A stretch of 64,000 nucleotides of DNA from Chloroflexota bacterium (GTDB lineage Bacteria; Chloroflexota; UBA11872): NCBI GenBank assembly GCA_022824865.1, contig JAJDZD010000053.1:1462-65461 (forward strand). Reading direction: 5' to 3'. Below, in pieces: positions 40,434-50,002 of this stretch (position 1 is the first letter of the stretch; every line of letters begins with the position of its first letter). The notes beneath the pieces were generated by a model, which worked only from the letters and a program-made list of their open reading frames with translations, was not told the DNA's origin and made no database searches. The position numbers and the translations under genes are program-made.

Positions 40434-41045
40434 TCAAAGCGGGTCTGGAACGTCCGGTGCGGGCCGGCCGCGCAGTTCACGCGAAACGCTGACGAGATAG
40501 TAAAGGCCTGAAGCAAGCGTCATGACCAACGCGAACATCACCAGAGCCCAGGTCAGCGGCACCCGGTCCCAGATCAGCGCGGCCAGACCGATGTATTGCC
40601 ACATCATTTTCATCTTGCCCAACTGCCCCGCGCTTACCGTAACGCCCTGCGCCCCGGCGTAGGCCCGCATTCCCATCACGAAGATCTCGCGTCCGATGAA
40701 TCCAACCGCAATCCACCCCGGAATCCAGCCCAGCTCCACCATCGTGATCACCAGTGCGGCCACCACCAGCTTGTCGCCCACCAGGTCGAAGAAGATCCCC
40801 AGCTGCGAGCCGGACCCATAGCGACGCGCGATCAGCCCGTCCAGCACATCCGTGATGCCCGCCACAATGAACAGGCAGGCGGCCGCCTGGTTCGAGGCTT
40901 GGCCGTCCCACAGCAGCAGCCCGATCACCAGCGGGATCACCAGCACTCGGAACCCGGTCAACAGGTTGGGCAGACTGGCAATCCACCCGGTTGCATCCCG
41001 GTCCGCGGACCGCGGGCCGATACCGTTCGCTTGCGGGGACGTCAT
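40434..41045 (-). CDS. pgsA: CDP-diacylglycerol--glycerol-3-phosphate 3-phosphatidyltransferase
   Basis: LPNLLTGFR, TDVLDGLIARR....SQLG.FFD..GDK, RE, GKMKM; follows rodZ-like gene. Confidence 0.85.
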   Translation of the reverse strand: MTSPQANGIGPRSADRDATGWIASLPNLLTGFRVLVIPLVIGLLLWDGQASNQAAACLFIVAGITDVLDGLIARRYGSGSQLGIFFDLVGDKLVVAALVITMVELGWIPGWIAVGFIGREIFVMGMRAYAGAQGVTVSAGQLGKMKMMWQYIGLAALIWDRVPLTWALVMFALVMTLASGLYYLVSVSRELRGRPAPDVPDPL

Positions 41046-41049
41046 TGGC

Positions 41050-41724
41050 TCAGCCACCGGCGTCAACCTGCCAGGTCCGCTGATACGATCCGCCGGGCGG
41101 ACCCAGCAATCCCATCGCGGCGCCGTCGATTCGCACCTCGATCGCGTCGGGCGCTTCGGCCCGCACCACGATTTCCCGCTGCGGCGACCACGTCTGGCTC
41201 GACCCGGCCGAGATCTGTCCATCAAAGACCGACCGGCCGTCCACCACCACCGCAATCTCGGTAGGGCGCACGGCTACCAGTTCCAGCACGCTGCCTGGCC
41301 GCAGCCCGATGCCGGTCGGCGTCGCGACGGGCGTCGACGACCCGGAAGCCGCCGGTAGGGGCAGTCCGCCGGATCGGACCACGAGCAGCACCGCCACCAC
41401 GATCACGGCCACTCCGGCAAAGACCCCGGCTATCAGGCGCCCCTGGCGACGCCGCAGCGCCCGGTTGGGCGCGCTGGCGGCAAGGCGTCGCGTGTTCAGG
41501 GCCGTGGCGTAGGCGTTCAACACGGGCTCTTCCGGCACCGCCAGCGCCCGGGTATACACGCGGATCAGCCCCCGCGTGAACGGCTCCGCCGGCAACACAT
41601 CCAGGTTGTCGGTTTCCAGCGCAATCAGATTGTGGCGTGGAATCCTCGTGGCGCTCGAAACCGCCTCAAGGCTCATCCCGGCCTGGTCCCGCGCCGCGCG
41701 CAGCATTTCACCCATCGTCGCCAT
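41050..41724 (-). CDS. RodZ-like protein (HTH_25 + TM + DUF4115-like)
   Basis: GEMLRAAR...SLE.VS..TRI....L.ALE.....LP...F.RG.IR.Y; TM; C-terminal beta domain. Confidence 0.85.
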   Translation of the reverse strand: MATMGEMLRAARDQAGMSLEAVSSATRIPRHNLIALETDNLDVLPAEPFTRGLIRVYTRALAVPEEPVLNAYATALNTRRLAASAPNRALRRRQGRLIAGVFAGVAVIVVAVLLVVRSGGLPLPAASGSSTPVATPTGIGLRPGSVLELVAVRPTEIAVVVDGRSVFDGQISAGSSQTWSPQREIVVRAEAPDAIEVRIDGAAMGLLGPPGGSYQRTWQVDAGG

Positions 41725-41765
41725 AGGGGATTATCGCGCGGCGGATAGACGGTATGCCCGGACCC

Positions 41766-43271
41766 TCAGGTTCGCTGAATGCTGAAGTCCGGCCGCGGCT
41801 TCAGGATGATCCCAAGTCCCGTCAGCCGTTCGTTGGCGTTAGCGATGTCCACGAACCGGTTAAGGAAGTCGTCCATGCCCGACCGCAACTCCTCGTTCAC
41901 CGCTGCGCTATTGCCCTCGTGCTCGGTGACCAGCGAGTCGCGCCACGAAGCCAGCAACTGCGTCAGGCCCTCCTGCAGGATGGCGGCTACGAACTGATCC
42001 GCGAACTCGGGCACCCCCAGCCGGATATACGCGGTCAGGTCGGTCACGTCGTACTGGAACTGCACCACCAGATCTTCAGGCTCCGCCTCCGTCGGAAATA
42101 TCAGCGTCACCGGCGCCGCTCGATCCGTCAGGTTGATCAGCCGTCGATCCGTCACCGGTTGCGGCCAGCTCCAGAAGAGTCCCGGGCCCTGCACGACGCT
42201 GAGCGTGCCCACGCCGGATTCCTCCGGCTGGTCGAATCCCTTACCCAGCGACAACACGCCGGCGCTGCCTGGAAACACCACCGCCTCGTTCTGAAGCAGG
42301 ATCAGCGCGTCGTCGGCGCTCAACCGAAAGACCCCGGCGGCCAGGAACGTCACGACCGCCGCCAGGGCGCCCAGCAGCAGAATCGCCGGAACGGTCACGA
42401 ACGTGGGCACGCGCGACCGTGAGGCCGGGTCGTAAGGCGACGTAATCGTGGCAATGTGCGCCGAGTTCCGCCGCGCGTATAGCCCTGGAATCAGGCGCCG
42501 CGGCGGGCGGCCGGCCCGGCGAAATTGGGCGGCCATGTCGGCTGCGAAGGCCTGCACCGCGTCCTGGTTGTAGTGGGCCGCCAATTGCTTCAGCCGGTCG
42601 AACCTCGTCGCCAGGCGCAGCGCCCGCTGGCCGTCGACCCGTGCCCGTCCGCCCATCAGGCTCCCGATGTCTGCCAGCAGCCCATCGGCGGCGGCCAGGA
42701 ACGGCCCTGCGCCCTCGCGCACCTGCAGGTCGGCGACCCGCAGCGCGCCCTCGGCGCCGCGAGCCAGCGGGTGTGCCGCAACCCGTCCGCGGGCGCGGCG
42801 GATCAACCAACCGGACGGCAGCAGGGAGATGAGGACGGCCAGCGGCAGTCCGCCCAGGGAACCGCCGGCGCTGCCCAGGAAGTCGGCAACACTCGCTCCC
42901 ACGGCCGGGACATTGCGAATCGGCACCGACATCAGCCCCAGCAGCGCCGCGACCAGGAACGGCAATCCCACCGCCGCGATCACGTGCACCCAGAGCCGCG
43001 CCCGGACATGGCGCCCTGAACGTCGCAGTTCCCGCACGGCCTTGGCTTCGATCCGATCCACGGCTGAGGTGTCGTCGGGACGCGCATCGACCCATAGGGT
43101 GCGAGCCGGAATCAGCACTCGCCCCGCCACTTGCCTGAGCCGGTGCCGGTCGTGCGCGATCAGCACCGAACCGTGCGGGCCCGCGGGAATCGGCACGTAG
43201 TCCAGCGGAATCGCCGCGGGATCGTCCCGTTCGGCCGTCATGCTCGCCATGGACGACGGTTCGGTCCGCAT
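41766..43271 (-). CDS. hypothetical membrane protein with C-terminal SPFH/HflK-like domain
   Basis: Three TM segments; AAGVFRLSADD...GPGLFWSWPQPV...VQFQYDVTD resembles band-7/HflK N-terminus. Confidence 0.7.
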   Translation of the reverse strand: MRTEPSSMASMTAERDDPAAIPLDYVPIPAGPHGSVLIAHDRHRLRQVAGRVLIPARTLWVDARPDDTSAVDRIEAKAVRELRRSGRHVRARLWVHVIAAVGLPFLVAALLGLMSVPIRNVPAVGASVADFLGSAGGSLGGLPLAVLISLLPSGWLIRRARGRVAAHPLARGAEGALRVADLQVREGAGPFLAAADGLLADIGSLMGGRARVDGQRALRLATRFDRLKQLAAHYNQDAVQAFAADMAAQFRRAGRPPRRLIPGLYARRNSAHIATITSPYDPASRSRVPTFVTVPAILLLGALAAVVTFLAAGVFRLSADDALILLQNEAVVFPGSAGVLSLGKGFDQPEESGVGTLSVVQGPGLFWSWPQPVTDRRLINLTDRAAPVTLIFPTEAEPEDLVVQFQYDVTDLTAYIRLGVPEFADQFVAAILQEGLTQLLASWRDSLVTEHEGNSAAVNEELRSGMDDFLNRFVDIANANERLTGLGIILKPRPDFSIQRT

Positions 43272-44180
43272 CTACAGCGTCTCCGGCGCCACGGCGGCCG
43301 GCCCGGCGATGAAGACGGCGCCGGCCGCTGCGGCCAGGGCCGCTGCGCGTTGGCTCGCCATCCGACCCACCGCCACGGCCGAAGCGCCAATCGCCCCGGT
43401 CCCGTGCGCCGCCCACGAAGCCAGCGTGCGGTCGGGCGGCTGCCCCGGGGTGGTCGCCAGCACCCCTGGCGCAAGCGAAAGAACGCCAGCCATGTGCAGG
43501 TCGTCGTTTTGCGGCGTCAGCAGGTTGATGCCGCGCCGGCGAATCTCATCCGCGGTGCGCTGCCCTTCGTCCTCGCCGATTCGCGCGCGCCGGTCGTCAT
43601 GCCACCGTGCCTCGGACTGCTGGCCGTGCGCATGGAGGATCAAGGCGAGTTCCTGGGCCTCAATTGCCGCGCCCCCGTCGCGCAGGTCCAGCACAAACGA
43701 CGGCTCAAAGGCGTTCAGCGATGCGCGCAAGGCGGCCCACGCCCGGGGCCGCAGCGGCGAGGCCAGCAACCGCAGGGCGGCGGGCAGGCCGAACGCCGGC
43801 TGCTCCGGCTGGGGAATGTCCCCAAACGCAGCGGGCTCCACCAGGTACAGCAGCAGCGCAACACGCGAGAGCAGCGACTGTCGGTCGCTGGCGGGCGTCC
43901 CGAACGCGCGCGCCACGGCCCGTCCGGCCGCCAGCACTGGCATCGTGAGTGTGTTGGGCGCCGCGTCGATCGCGATTCGGACCTCGGCCGCGGAGTCGCC
44001 GGCTGTCAACTCCAACAGGCGACCTTCCTGCAGGCCCCCGATGGGCCCTTCGTAGATCGTGCGCTGGGCATAGACGCCGGCCAGCTTCGAGGTCTCGTCC
44101 CGCCAGTCCGTCGGGCGCAGCAACCGGCGATAGCGCGACTCGTCAATCGGAATGTCAACGCGCACGCCCTCGGCAATCAC
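43272..44180 (-). CDS. hypothetical protein, possible inactive M14 carboxypeptidase-fold
   Basis: IGGLQEGR, LLSRVALLLYLVEPAAF, FEPSFVLDLRD echo M14 motifs without the His/Glu ligands; abuts the next gene. Confidence 0.6.
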   Translation of the reverse strand: MIAEGVRVDIPIDESRYRRLLRPTDWRDETSKLAGVYAQRTIYEGPIGGLQEGRLLELTAGDSAAEVRIAIDAAPNTLTMPVLAAGRAVARAFGTPASDRQSLLSRVALLLYLVEPAAFGDIPQPEQPAFGLPAALRLLASPLRPRAWAALRASLNAFEPSFVLDLRDGGAAIEAQELALILHAHGQQSEARWHDDRRARIGEDEGQRTADEIRRRGINLLTPQNDDLHMAGVLSLAPGVLATTPGQPPDRTLASWAAHGTGAIGASAVAVGRMASQRAAALAAAAGAVFIAGPAAVAPETL

Positions 44181-44201
44181 GGCTCAACGCCCCCGCTATT
44201 T

Positions 44202-44331
44202 GAGACCTTTGCATAACCCTTCTTCCTCGGAGCCGCAGCCTCTTGCCTCTCCGGGGGGAGAGGCCGGCGCCGTCTTCGGCGGCGGGTGAGGGGTCTTCCG
44301 CGCAACCAACCTCGGGTTACGCAAAGGTCTC
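44202..44331. mobile_element. MITE-like element copy 3
   Basis: GAGACCTTTGCATAACCC...GGGTTACGCAAAGGTCTC; flanks TATTT/TACTT. Confidence 0.8.
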
Positions 44332-44340
44332 TACTTGGGA

Positions 44341-45042
44341 TCATCCCGGTCCCCCGGTTGCCGCGGCCGGGGCTGGCAGCGCCAGCCGCCACGGGTTGTG
44401 CAGGGTCTCGTCCGCGACCCAGAAGCCGATGTGCGGCGGCAGTGTGGACGGGTGCATGCCCCCCGCCAGGGCCTCGTATACCTCGGCAACCTCGTCCAGC
44501 CCGTCCGCCCGCGCCAGCACCGCGCCCAGGGCGTAGGCCGCCGTGTCGTCGTCGACCTCCCGCATCGCGCGCTCGATACGCCCAAGTCCGGCGTGAGCGT
44601 CCGAGCTGACCAGCGGCGACTGCGCCGGCGCGGCCGGCGACTGGGCCACCGGCGTAGCCAGGCCAAGCAGCCATCGCAACCAGCGCCGGCCGGCCAGCAA
44701 CCAGGCGCCCGCCAGCGCCGGAACCCAGTGCCCTCCGGAGGCGATGATGAGCGCCAGCCCCAACGCCACTTCCATCCAGATCATCATGCGTCCGCGGCGT
44801 CGCGACCCATCTCGCGGCGCGGCGTCTCCGGCCATGCGCGCATAGTCCACGGCCATCGTGGCGGCCCGCGCGGCCAGGGGCGCCGAAAACTGCTGGCTTT
44901 GCGGCTGGATCAGCGCAATGCGCCAGCCCCAGAACTGCGGGCTCCGGGATGGCGCCGCCTGCAGAATCGCGGCCGTCGAACGATCGGCTCGCAGCACATA
45001 GCCGTCACGAATCGGTACCGCCCAGCAGGCTAGGTTCATCAT
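44341..45042 (-). CDS. hypothetical membrane protein
   Basis: ATGA overlap with upstream gene; central hydrophobic hairpin. Confidence 0.7.
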   Translation of the reverse strand: MMNLACWAVPIRDGYVLRADRSTAAILQAAPSRSPQFWGWRIALIQPQSQQFSAPLAARAATMAVDYARMAGDAAPRDGSRRRGRMMIWMEVALGLALIIASGGHWVPALAGAWLLAGRRWLRWLLGLATPVAQSPAAPAQSPLVSSDAHAGLGRIERAMREVDDDTAAYALGAVLARADGLDEVAEVYEALAGGMHPSTLPPHIGFWVADETLHNPWRLALPAPAAATGGPG

Positions 45043-45794
45043 TGCGAGCGAGCTTCCAGGTACGTCAGCGGATGAGGCGCCGCCCATTGGCCGCGCGCTC
45101 GGGCCCGCAGCCGTGCCAGTCGGCCTTGTGGTGTGGAGACCTTGGGCGCGGCCGCCAGGGCTCGATAGAACCGTGCCGCCGCCGGCCAGCGCACACGGAC
45201 TCGCGCCGCGCGCTCCAGGCGCATCAGGTCGCGCGGCTCGTTGGGCTGGTCGATAAACCGCCAGAGATCGCGCAGCCGCGCCAGCGAGTCCCCGTCGCGC
45301 CCAATGGCCGTTGTCGGCAGCAATTCGCCAACCTCCAGCGTTGCCCGTGCGCGTGCGCCGACCCGCCGCCGCGCCACCGCGCGCCAGGCCAAAAACAGGC
45401 CCGGAACGAATCCCAGCGGTACTGCCCAGGCCACCACCGCATGCACCGGCTCACGGTTCAGGAATAGAAACGCCAGCAGGACACCGACCACGCCCAGTTC
45501 AAGCAACCCCGTCAGCAGCGCCAGCAGCCACCGCCGGCCCTCCCCAGCCGTACGCACCGCGTGCGTAAACAGATCCGCCTCGACCCGCGCCCGGATTACC
45601 GCCAGTTCCCCCATCGAGAGCGGCAACCGGCTATACAGCGCGATCTGAAACGGTCCGGCCACGGCGTCCAACTGCCCGTAGTCGGCGTCGATCAGCACCA
45701 CGCTCCCCGTGTCCGTGGGAACCACGAATGCGTCAATCAGTTGGGCGTTTGGATCGGAGTCCTGCACGGCGATAGAAGGCTCCAGCGGCGCCAC
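45039..45794 (-). CDS. hypothetical two-TM membrane protein (start uncertain)
   Basis: Divergent from mnmG; two hydrophobic helices; coupled to 44341-45042. Confidence 0.7.
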   Translation of the reverse strand: MAPLEPSIAVQDSDPNAQLIDAFVVPTDTGSVVLIDADYGQLDAVAGPFQIALYSRLPLSMGELAVIRARVEADLFTHAVRTAGEGRRWLLALLTGLLELGVVGVLLAFLFLNREPVHAVVAWAVPLGFVPGLFLAWRAVARRRVGARARATLEVGELLPTTAIGRDGDSLARLRDLWRFIDQPNEPRDLMRLERAARVRVRWPAAARFYRALAAAPKVSTPQGRLARLRARARGQWAAPHPLTYLEARSQ

Positions 45795-45891
45795 GGCGCG
45801 CCACGACGACGGCGGCGCAAGTATCCGAGTGTATATCGCCGTCAAACCTGAAATTGGACCTAAACACACTGGCGCGTGGGAAGATGAAGCC

Positions 45892-47877
45892 ATGCGTTTG
45901 CGACGACCCCGCACTCCCGCCGCCAGCTTCGACGTTTTGATCGTGGGTGCCGGCCACGCCGGTTGCGAGGCGGCCCTGGCCGCCGCGCGCATGGGCTGCC
46001 GCACCGCCCTGCTGAGCACCAGCCTCGGCACCGTCGCCCAGATGCCCTGCAACCCCTCCATCGGCGGCCCGGCCAAGGGCAACCTCGTCCGCGAGATTGA
46101 CGCCCTCGGCGGCGAGATGGGCCGCAATACCGACCGCACCCAGATCCAGATCCGCGAGCTCAACACCAGCAAGGGCCCGGCCGTCCGCGCCCTCCGTGCC
46201 CAGTGCGACAAGCATGCCTACGGTCGGCTCATGCGGCGAGTGCTGGAGAGACAGCCCAACCTGACGCTCCTCGAAGCCCACGTAGCGGGCCTCATCTGGG
46301 ATGCCGAACCCTCGGAAGGAGCGCCCGCTTGGCGCGTACGCGGCGTCCGAACGAGTGAGGGCGAGGAAATCCGCGCCCGTGCCACCGTCGTCACCACCGG
46401 GACATTCCTGCAGGGCCGGATCATCCTGGGCGACTCCGAATCCCCGGGCGGACGCCGCGGCGAACCGCCCGCCACGGCCCTATCCGAAGACCTGCGTCGG
46501 GCCGGCCTGGAACTCGGCCGCCTCAAGACCGGCACCCCGCCGCGTCTTGCCGCCGCCAGCATCGACTACAGCCGCACCCGCGTGCAGCACGGCAGCGAGC
46601 AGCCCCTCTGGTTCAGCTTCGATCCGCCGCCCCGCTCCGAGTGGCACGAGGCCGCGCCGGACCCCGTCTATCCCCACGTCCCGCCCCCCGGCTGGCGCAC
46701 CCAGATGGCCTGCTACCAGGTCCACACCACGCCGCAAACCCACGATCTCATCCGCGACAACCTGCACCGCGCGCCCATGTACAACGGTTCGATCACCGCC
46801 TCCGGCCCGCGCTACTGCCCCTCCATCGAAGACAAGATCGTCCGATTCGCGCACAAGGACTCCCACTCCCTCTTCCTCGAACCCGAGGGGTTCCGGACCC
46901 ATGAGGTCTACGTCCAGGGCGCCAACACCAGCCTGCCCGCCGAAGTGCAGCTCGCCATGATTCGCACTGTTCCTGGCCTGGAATCTGCAGAGATGCTTCG
47001 TCCCGGCTACGCCGTGGAGTACGACTTCGTCCACCCCCGCCAGCTTCGGCGCTCCCTCGAAGTCCGCAACGCCCGCGGCCTCTTTCTGGCCGGCCAGGTC
47101 AACGGCACCACCGGCTACGAAGAAGCCGCCGCCCAGGGCCTCATGGCCGGCATCAACGCCGCGCGCCAGTCACGCGGCGAGCCTGCCGTCGAGCTCGACC
47201 GTGCCCAGGCCTACATCGGCGTGATGATCGACGACCTCGTCACCAGTGAGCTCACCGAGCCCTACCGCCTCCACACCTCGCGTGCCGAGTACCGTCTGCT
47301 CCTCCGCCACGACAGCGCCGACCGCCGCCTCACCGAACTTGGACACGAAATCGGCCTCGCCTCGGATCGCCGTCTCGCCCGCCTCCGCCGCCAGCGCGAC
47401 CGGTCCGACGCCACTCTGGCCTGGCTGGAGCGCCTCCGCGTGCCGGCCACGTCTGCGGTCAACGGACGCCTCCGCGACCTAGAACTGGCCCCGCTCCGCC
47501 AGACCACCCGCGGCCTCGAACTCCTGGCCCGCACCGGCATCACCTGCGACCTCATCGCCGAACTCGCGGGCGATCCCCCGCCTCCACCCGAGGCCGCCGC
47601 CCACGTCGAATTTGAGATCAAGTACGCCGGCTACATCCGCCAGCAGGAAGCCCAGGTCCGCCGTGCCGCCGCGATGGAAGATCACCGGATTCCGTCCGAC
47701 CTGGCCTACCTCGACCTCCGCGCCTTGCGCACCGAGGCCCGCCACCGCCTCGAACGCTTCCGTCCCGCCACCGTTGGGCAGGCCGCCCGCCTCGAAGGCG
47801 TCACCCCATCCGACATCGCCGGCCTCCTCGTCTACCTCAAGCGCCACACCGAAACGGCTGACGCCGAGCGGCGCTAG
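45892..47877 (+). CDS. mnmG: tRNA uridine-5-carboxymethylaminomethyl(34) synthesis enzyme MnmG (GidA)
   Basis: [54 protein letters not shown]. Confidence 0.97.
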   Translation: MRLRRPRTPAASFDVLIVGAGHAGCEAALAAARMGCRTALLSTSLGTVAQMPCNPSIGGPAKGNLVREIDALGGEMGRNTDRTQIQIRELNTSKGPAVRALRAQCDKHAYGRLMRRVLERQPNLTLLEAHVAGLIWDAEPSEGAPAWRVRGVRTSEGEEIRARATVVTTGTFLQGRIILGDSESPGGRRGEPPATALSEDLRRAGLELGRLKTGTPPRLAAASIDYSRTRVQHGSEQPLWFSFDPPPRSEWHEAAPDPVYPHVPPPGWRTQMACYQVHTTPQTHDLIRDNLHRAPMYNGSITASGPRYCPSIEDKIVRFAHKDSHSLFLEPEGFRTHEVYVQGANTSLPAEVQLAMIRTVPGLESAEMLRPGYAVEYDFVHPRQLRRSLEVRNARGLFLAGQVNGTTGYEEAAAQGLMAGINAARQSRGEPAVELDRAQAYIGVMIDDLVTSELTEPYRLHTSRAEYRLLLRHDSADRRLTELGHEIGLASDRRLARLRRQRDRSDATLAWLERLRVPATSAVNGRLRDLELAPLRQTTRGLELLARTGITCDLIAELAGDPPPPPEAAAHVEFEIKYAGYIRQQEAQVRRAAAMEDHRIPSDLAYLDLRALRTEARHRLERFRPATVGQAARLEGVTPSDIAGLLVYLKRHTETADAERR

Positions 47878-47949
47878 TCGCGGGAAAGGCTCCGACCCTC
47901 GCCCGTTCACGAAAACGAGCGAGGGTCGGAAAGAAACGTGACCGGCGAC

Positions 47950-49752
47950 CTACGGCATACGCCGCCTGATCCGCCGGATCACCGTGCGATGCACGCCCAG
48001 CGCGCCAAGCCCCAGCGCGCCAAGGACTGCCGCGATTGGGGCAACGATGATCCCTACGACAATGGCCGCGTTGGCCGCCCACTGCCCGATCCGCGTCAAG
48101 ACCTCAACCGAATTGTCAACCGTCTCGCCGGGATCCCAGTCGTCGCTCTCACTCACGACGAACTCTCCGTCTTCGCCCTTGGGAATCGCGGTGATAAACG
48201 TCACGCGTCGGTTATCCACGCGCGCGCGGTCGCTCTCCGTGGACTCGATGGACGTTGCGAGCCATTGTCGTCCGGTATCGGCATCGAGCCGGACGACGTA
48301 GCTCACGCTGCCGCTGGCGCCGGGCGAAAGCTCGGGAAACTCCCAAACGATCTCATTCCGGTCGGTATCAAATCGCCCGCCCCGATTCGCTCGCATGAAC
48401 GTCATGCCGGTGGGAAGCCGCTCGACCAGGCGCACGTCCCGCGCGTCCCCGTTACCTCGATTCGAGTAATTCAGCACCATCGTCAACTCTTGATCGATTT
48501 CAATCTCGAGGTCGGGGTCCTGCTGGAGGCTCAGGTCCACGAAGAACGGCAAGGTGACGCCGGCCTGGTCCTGTTCCGTGTTGCGAACATCGCTGTCCGT
48601 GCTCGCCTCGGCGCTCAGTCGCATCGCCTGGCCGTCACCCTCAAGGCGAACGCGCGTGCGAAGTTCGAGCGACTGACCCGGCGCCATTCGGTCGATCGTC
48701 CACACCACGCTATGCGTGGATTGGTCGTACTGCCCTGGCTTCGTCGCGTTCTGGAACACCAAACCCGGATCTAGCTGATCGCGCACGGTCACGTTCCGGA
48801 GTTCCACCGTCCCGTCATTGATCACGCTGATCGGAAACTCAACCGAGTCGTGCATGGAGTACTGGTCGGGCGCCCGCCGTTCCACCCGAAGGTCCGGGAT
48901 CGGATGCAGATTGACCGTGACGGTCGACAGCGCCGCCTGGTCCGCCAGCACGTTCAGCTGACCCTGGAACGTCTCGATCTGTTCACGCACCTGGGCAACT
49001 TCGCGCTGCACGTCCAGCGTGTCCTTCACGGTCCTGGACGTCGCCATGATTTCCAGCAACTGCTGCTCGGTGGCCTGCGCGTTTCGCATCCGGGACTCGA
49101 TGTCCGTAAACGCAGCCGTAACGTCCTGCCCGGTCACGTCCTCAGCCACCACCTCGCGCCCGTGAGCGCGCACACGTTCGACTGTCTCGTCAAAGCGCTC
49201 GGCCGGCACCCGCAACGTGATCGAACTGATCCGGTACGGCTCGTTGCCTCCGATTTTGGTGTGCGACACGAAGGCCCCGGGAATCGAAGCCACGATGCCG
49301 CGGATCGCCTTCACGCTGGTCGGCACGTCAGCCACCACGATGCCGATGCTGGCGGTGCGAATGACCTTGCGCGCGGAGTTCGGAACCTGCGTCTCAGCAG
49401 TCAGCAGCGAGCCGGTGGATGTCTGGCTCGGGGCGCCGTCCGCCGGCGCCGCCTCCTGGACGACCGAGCCCGTCTCCCCCGGATCCGTGGTCGCGACGGC
49501 GTCGAATTGGACCGCCTGCGTCACCACCTTTTCGACCTGTACCGACCTCTGAGCGGCCATTGGGGCGGCAGCGGCAGCTGGCATGGCAGCCGGCCGGGCC
49601 ACCATCTTCTCAACGGCTGGTGGCTGTGCAGCCTGAGGGGGCTCGGCCGACGAACTTTCTCCGCATGACGCCACCAGCATCGCCGCCAACGGTATTGCCA
49701 ATATCAGCGATCGTCTCGGTCCTCGCATCGCTAACCTCCTCGCCAGATACAT
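47950..49752 (-). CDS. lipoprotein with DUF4349 domain, two DUF11-like domains and C-terminal TM
   Basis: LVASC lipobox; RKVIRTA..TLRVPA..QDVT..IETFQGQL; V.V.D.L.PG..F repeats. Confidence 0.8.
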   Translation of the reverse strand: MYLARRLAMRGPRRSLILAIPLAAMLVASCGESSSAEPPQAAQPPAVEKMVARPAAMPAAAAAPMAAQRSVQVEKVVTQAVQFDAVATTDPGETGSVVQEAAPADGAPSQTSTGSLLTAETQVPNSARKVIRTASIGIVVADVPTSVKAIRGIVASIPGAFVSHTKIGGNEPYRISSITLRVPAERFDETVERVRAHGREVVAEDVTGQDVTAAFTDIESRMRNAQATEQQLLEIMATSRTVKDTLDVQREVAQVREQIETFQGQLNVLADQAALSTVTVNLHPIPDLRVERRAPDQYSMHDSVEFPISVINDGTVELRNVTVRDQLDPGLVFQNATKPGQYDQSTHSVVWTIDRMAPGQSLELRTRVRLEGDGQAMRLSAEASTDSDVRNTEQDQAGVTLPFFVDLSLQQDPDLEIEIDQELTMVLNYSNRGNGDARDVRLVERLPTGMTFMRANRGGRFDTDRNEIVWEFPELSPGASGSVSYVVRLDADTGRQWLATSIESTESDRARVDNRRVTFITAIPKGEDGEFVVSESDDWDPGETVDNSVEVLTRIGQWAANAAIVVGIIVAPIAAVLGALGLGALGVHRTVIRRIRRRMP

Positions 49753-50002
49753 GCTTCGGCGTCGCCCGACAGGTGCTGAGACTCCCTTACGTCGATGCCG
49801 GTGCATTGCACACCGTGCGCCATCGACGATGACCTCAACTTAGGAGACGCAACCCTGTCGGCACAACGTCACCTCGGCTCTGTCAGTACGGCTCCACAGA
49901 TAACTACGCTAACCCGACGAGATTCGTTCCCTGCGTTCTGGGCTTCGTCTCTCACGACTGCACCGCGCGGCCGGGCCGAGCCTCCCGACCGCTGGCCTAC
50001 GC

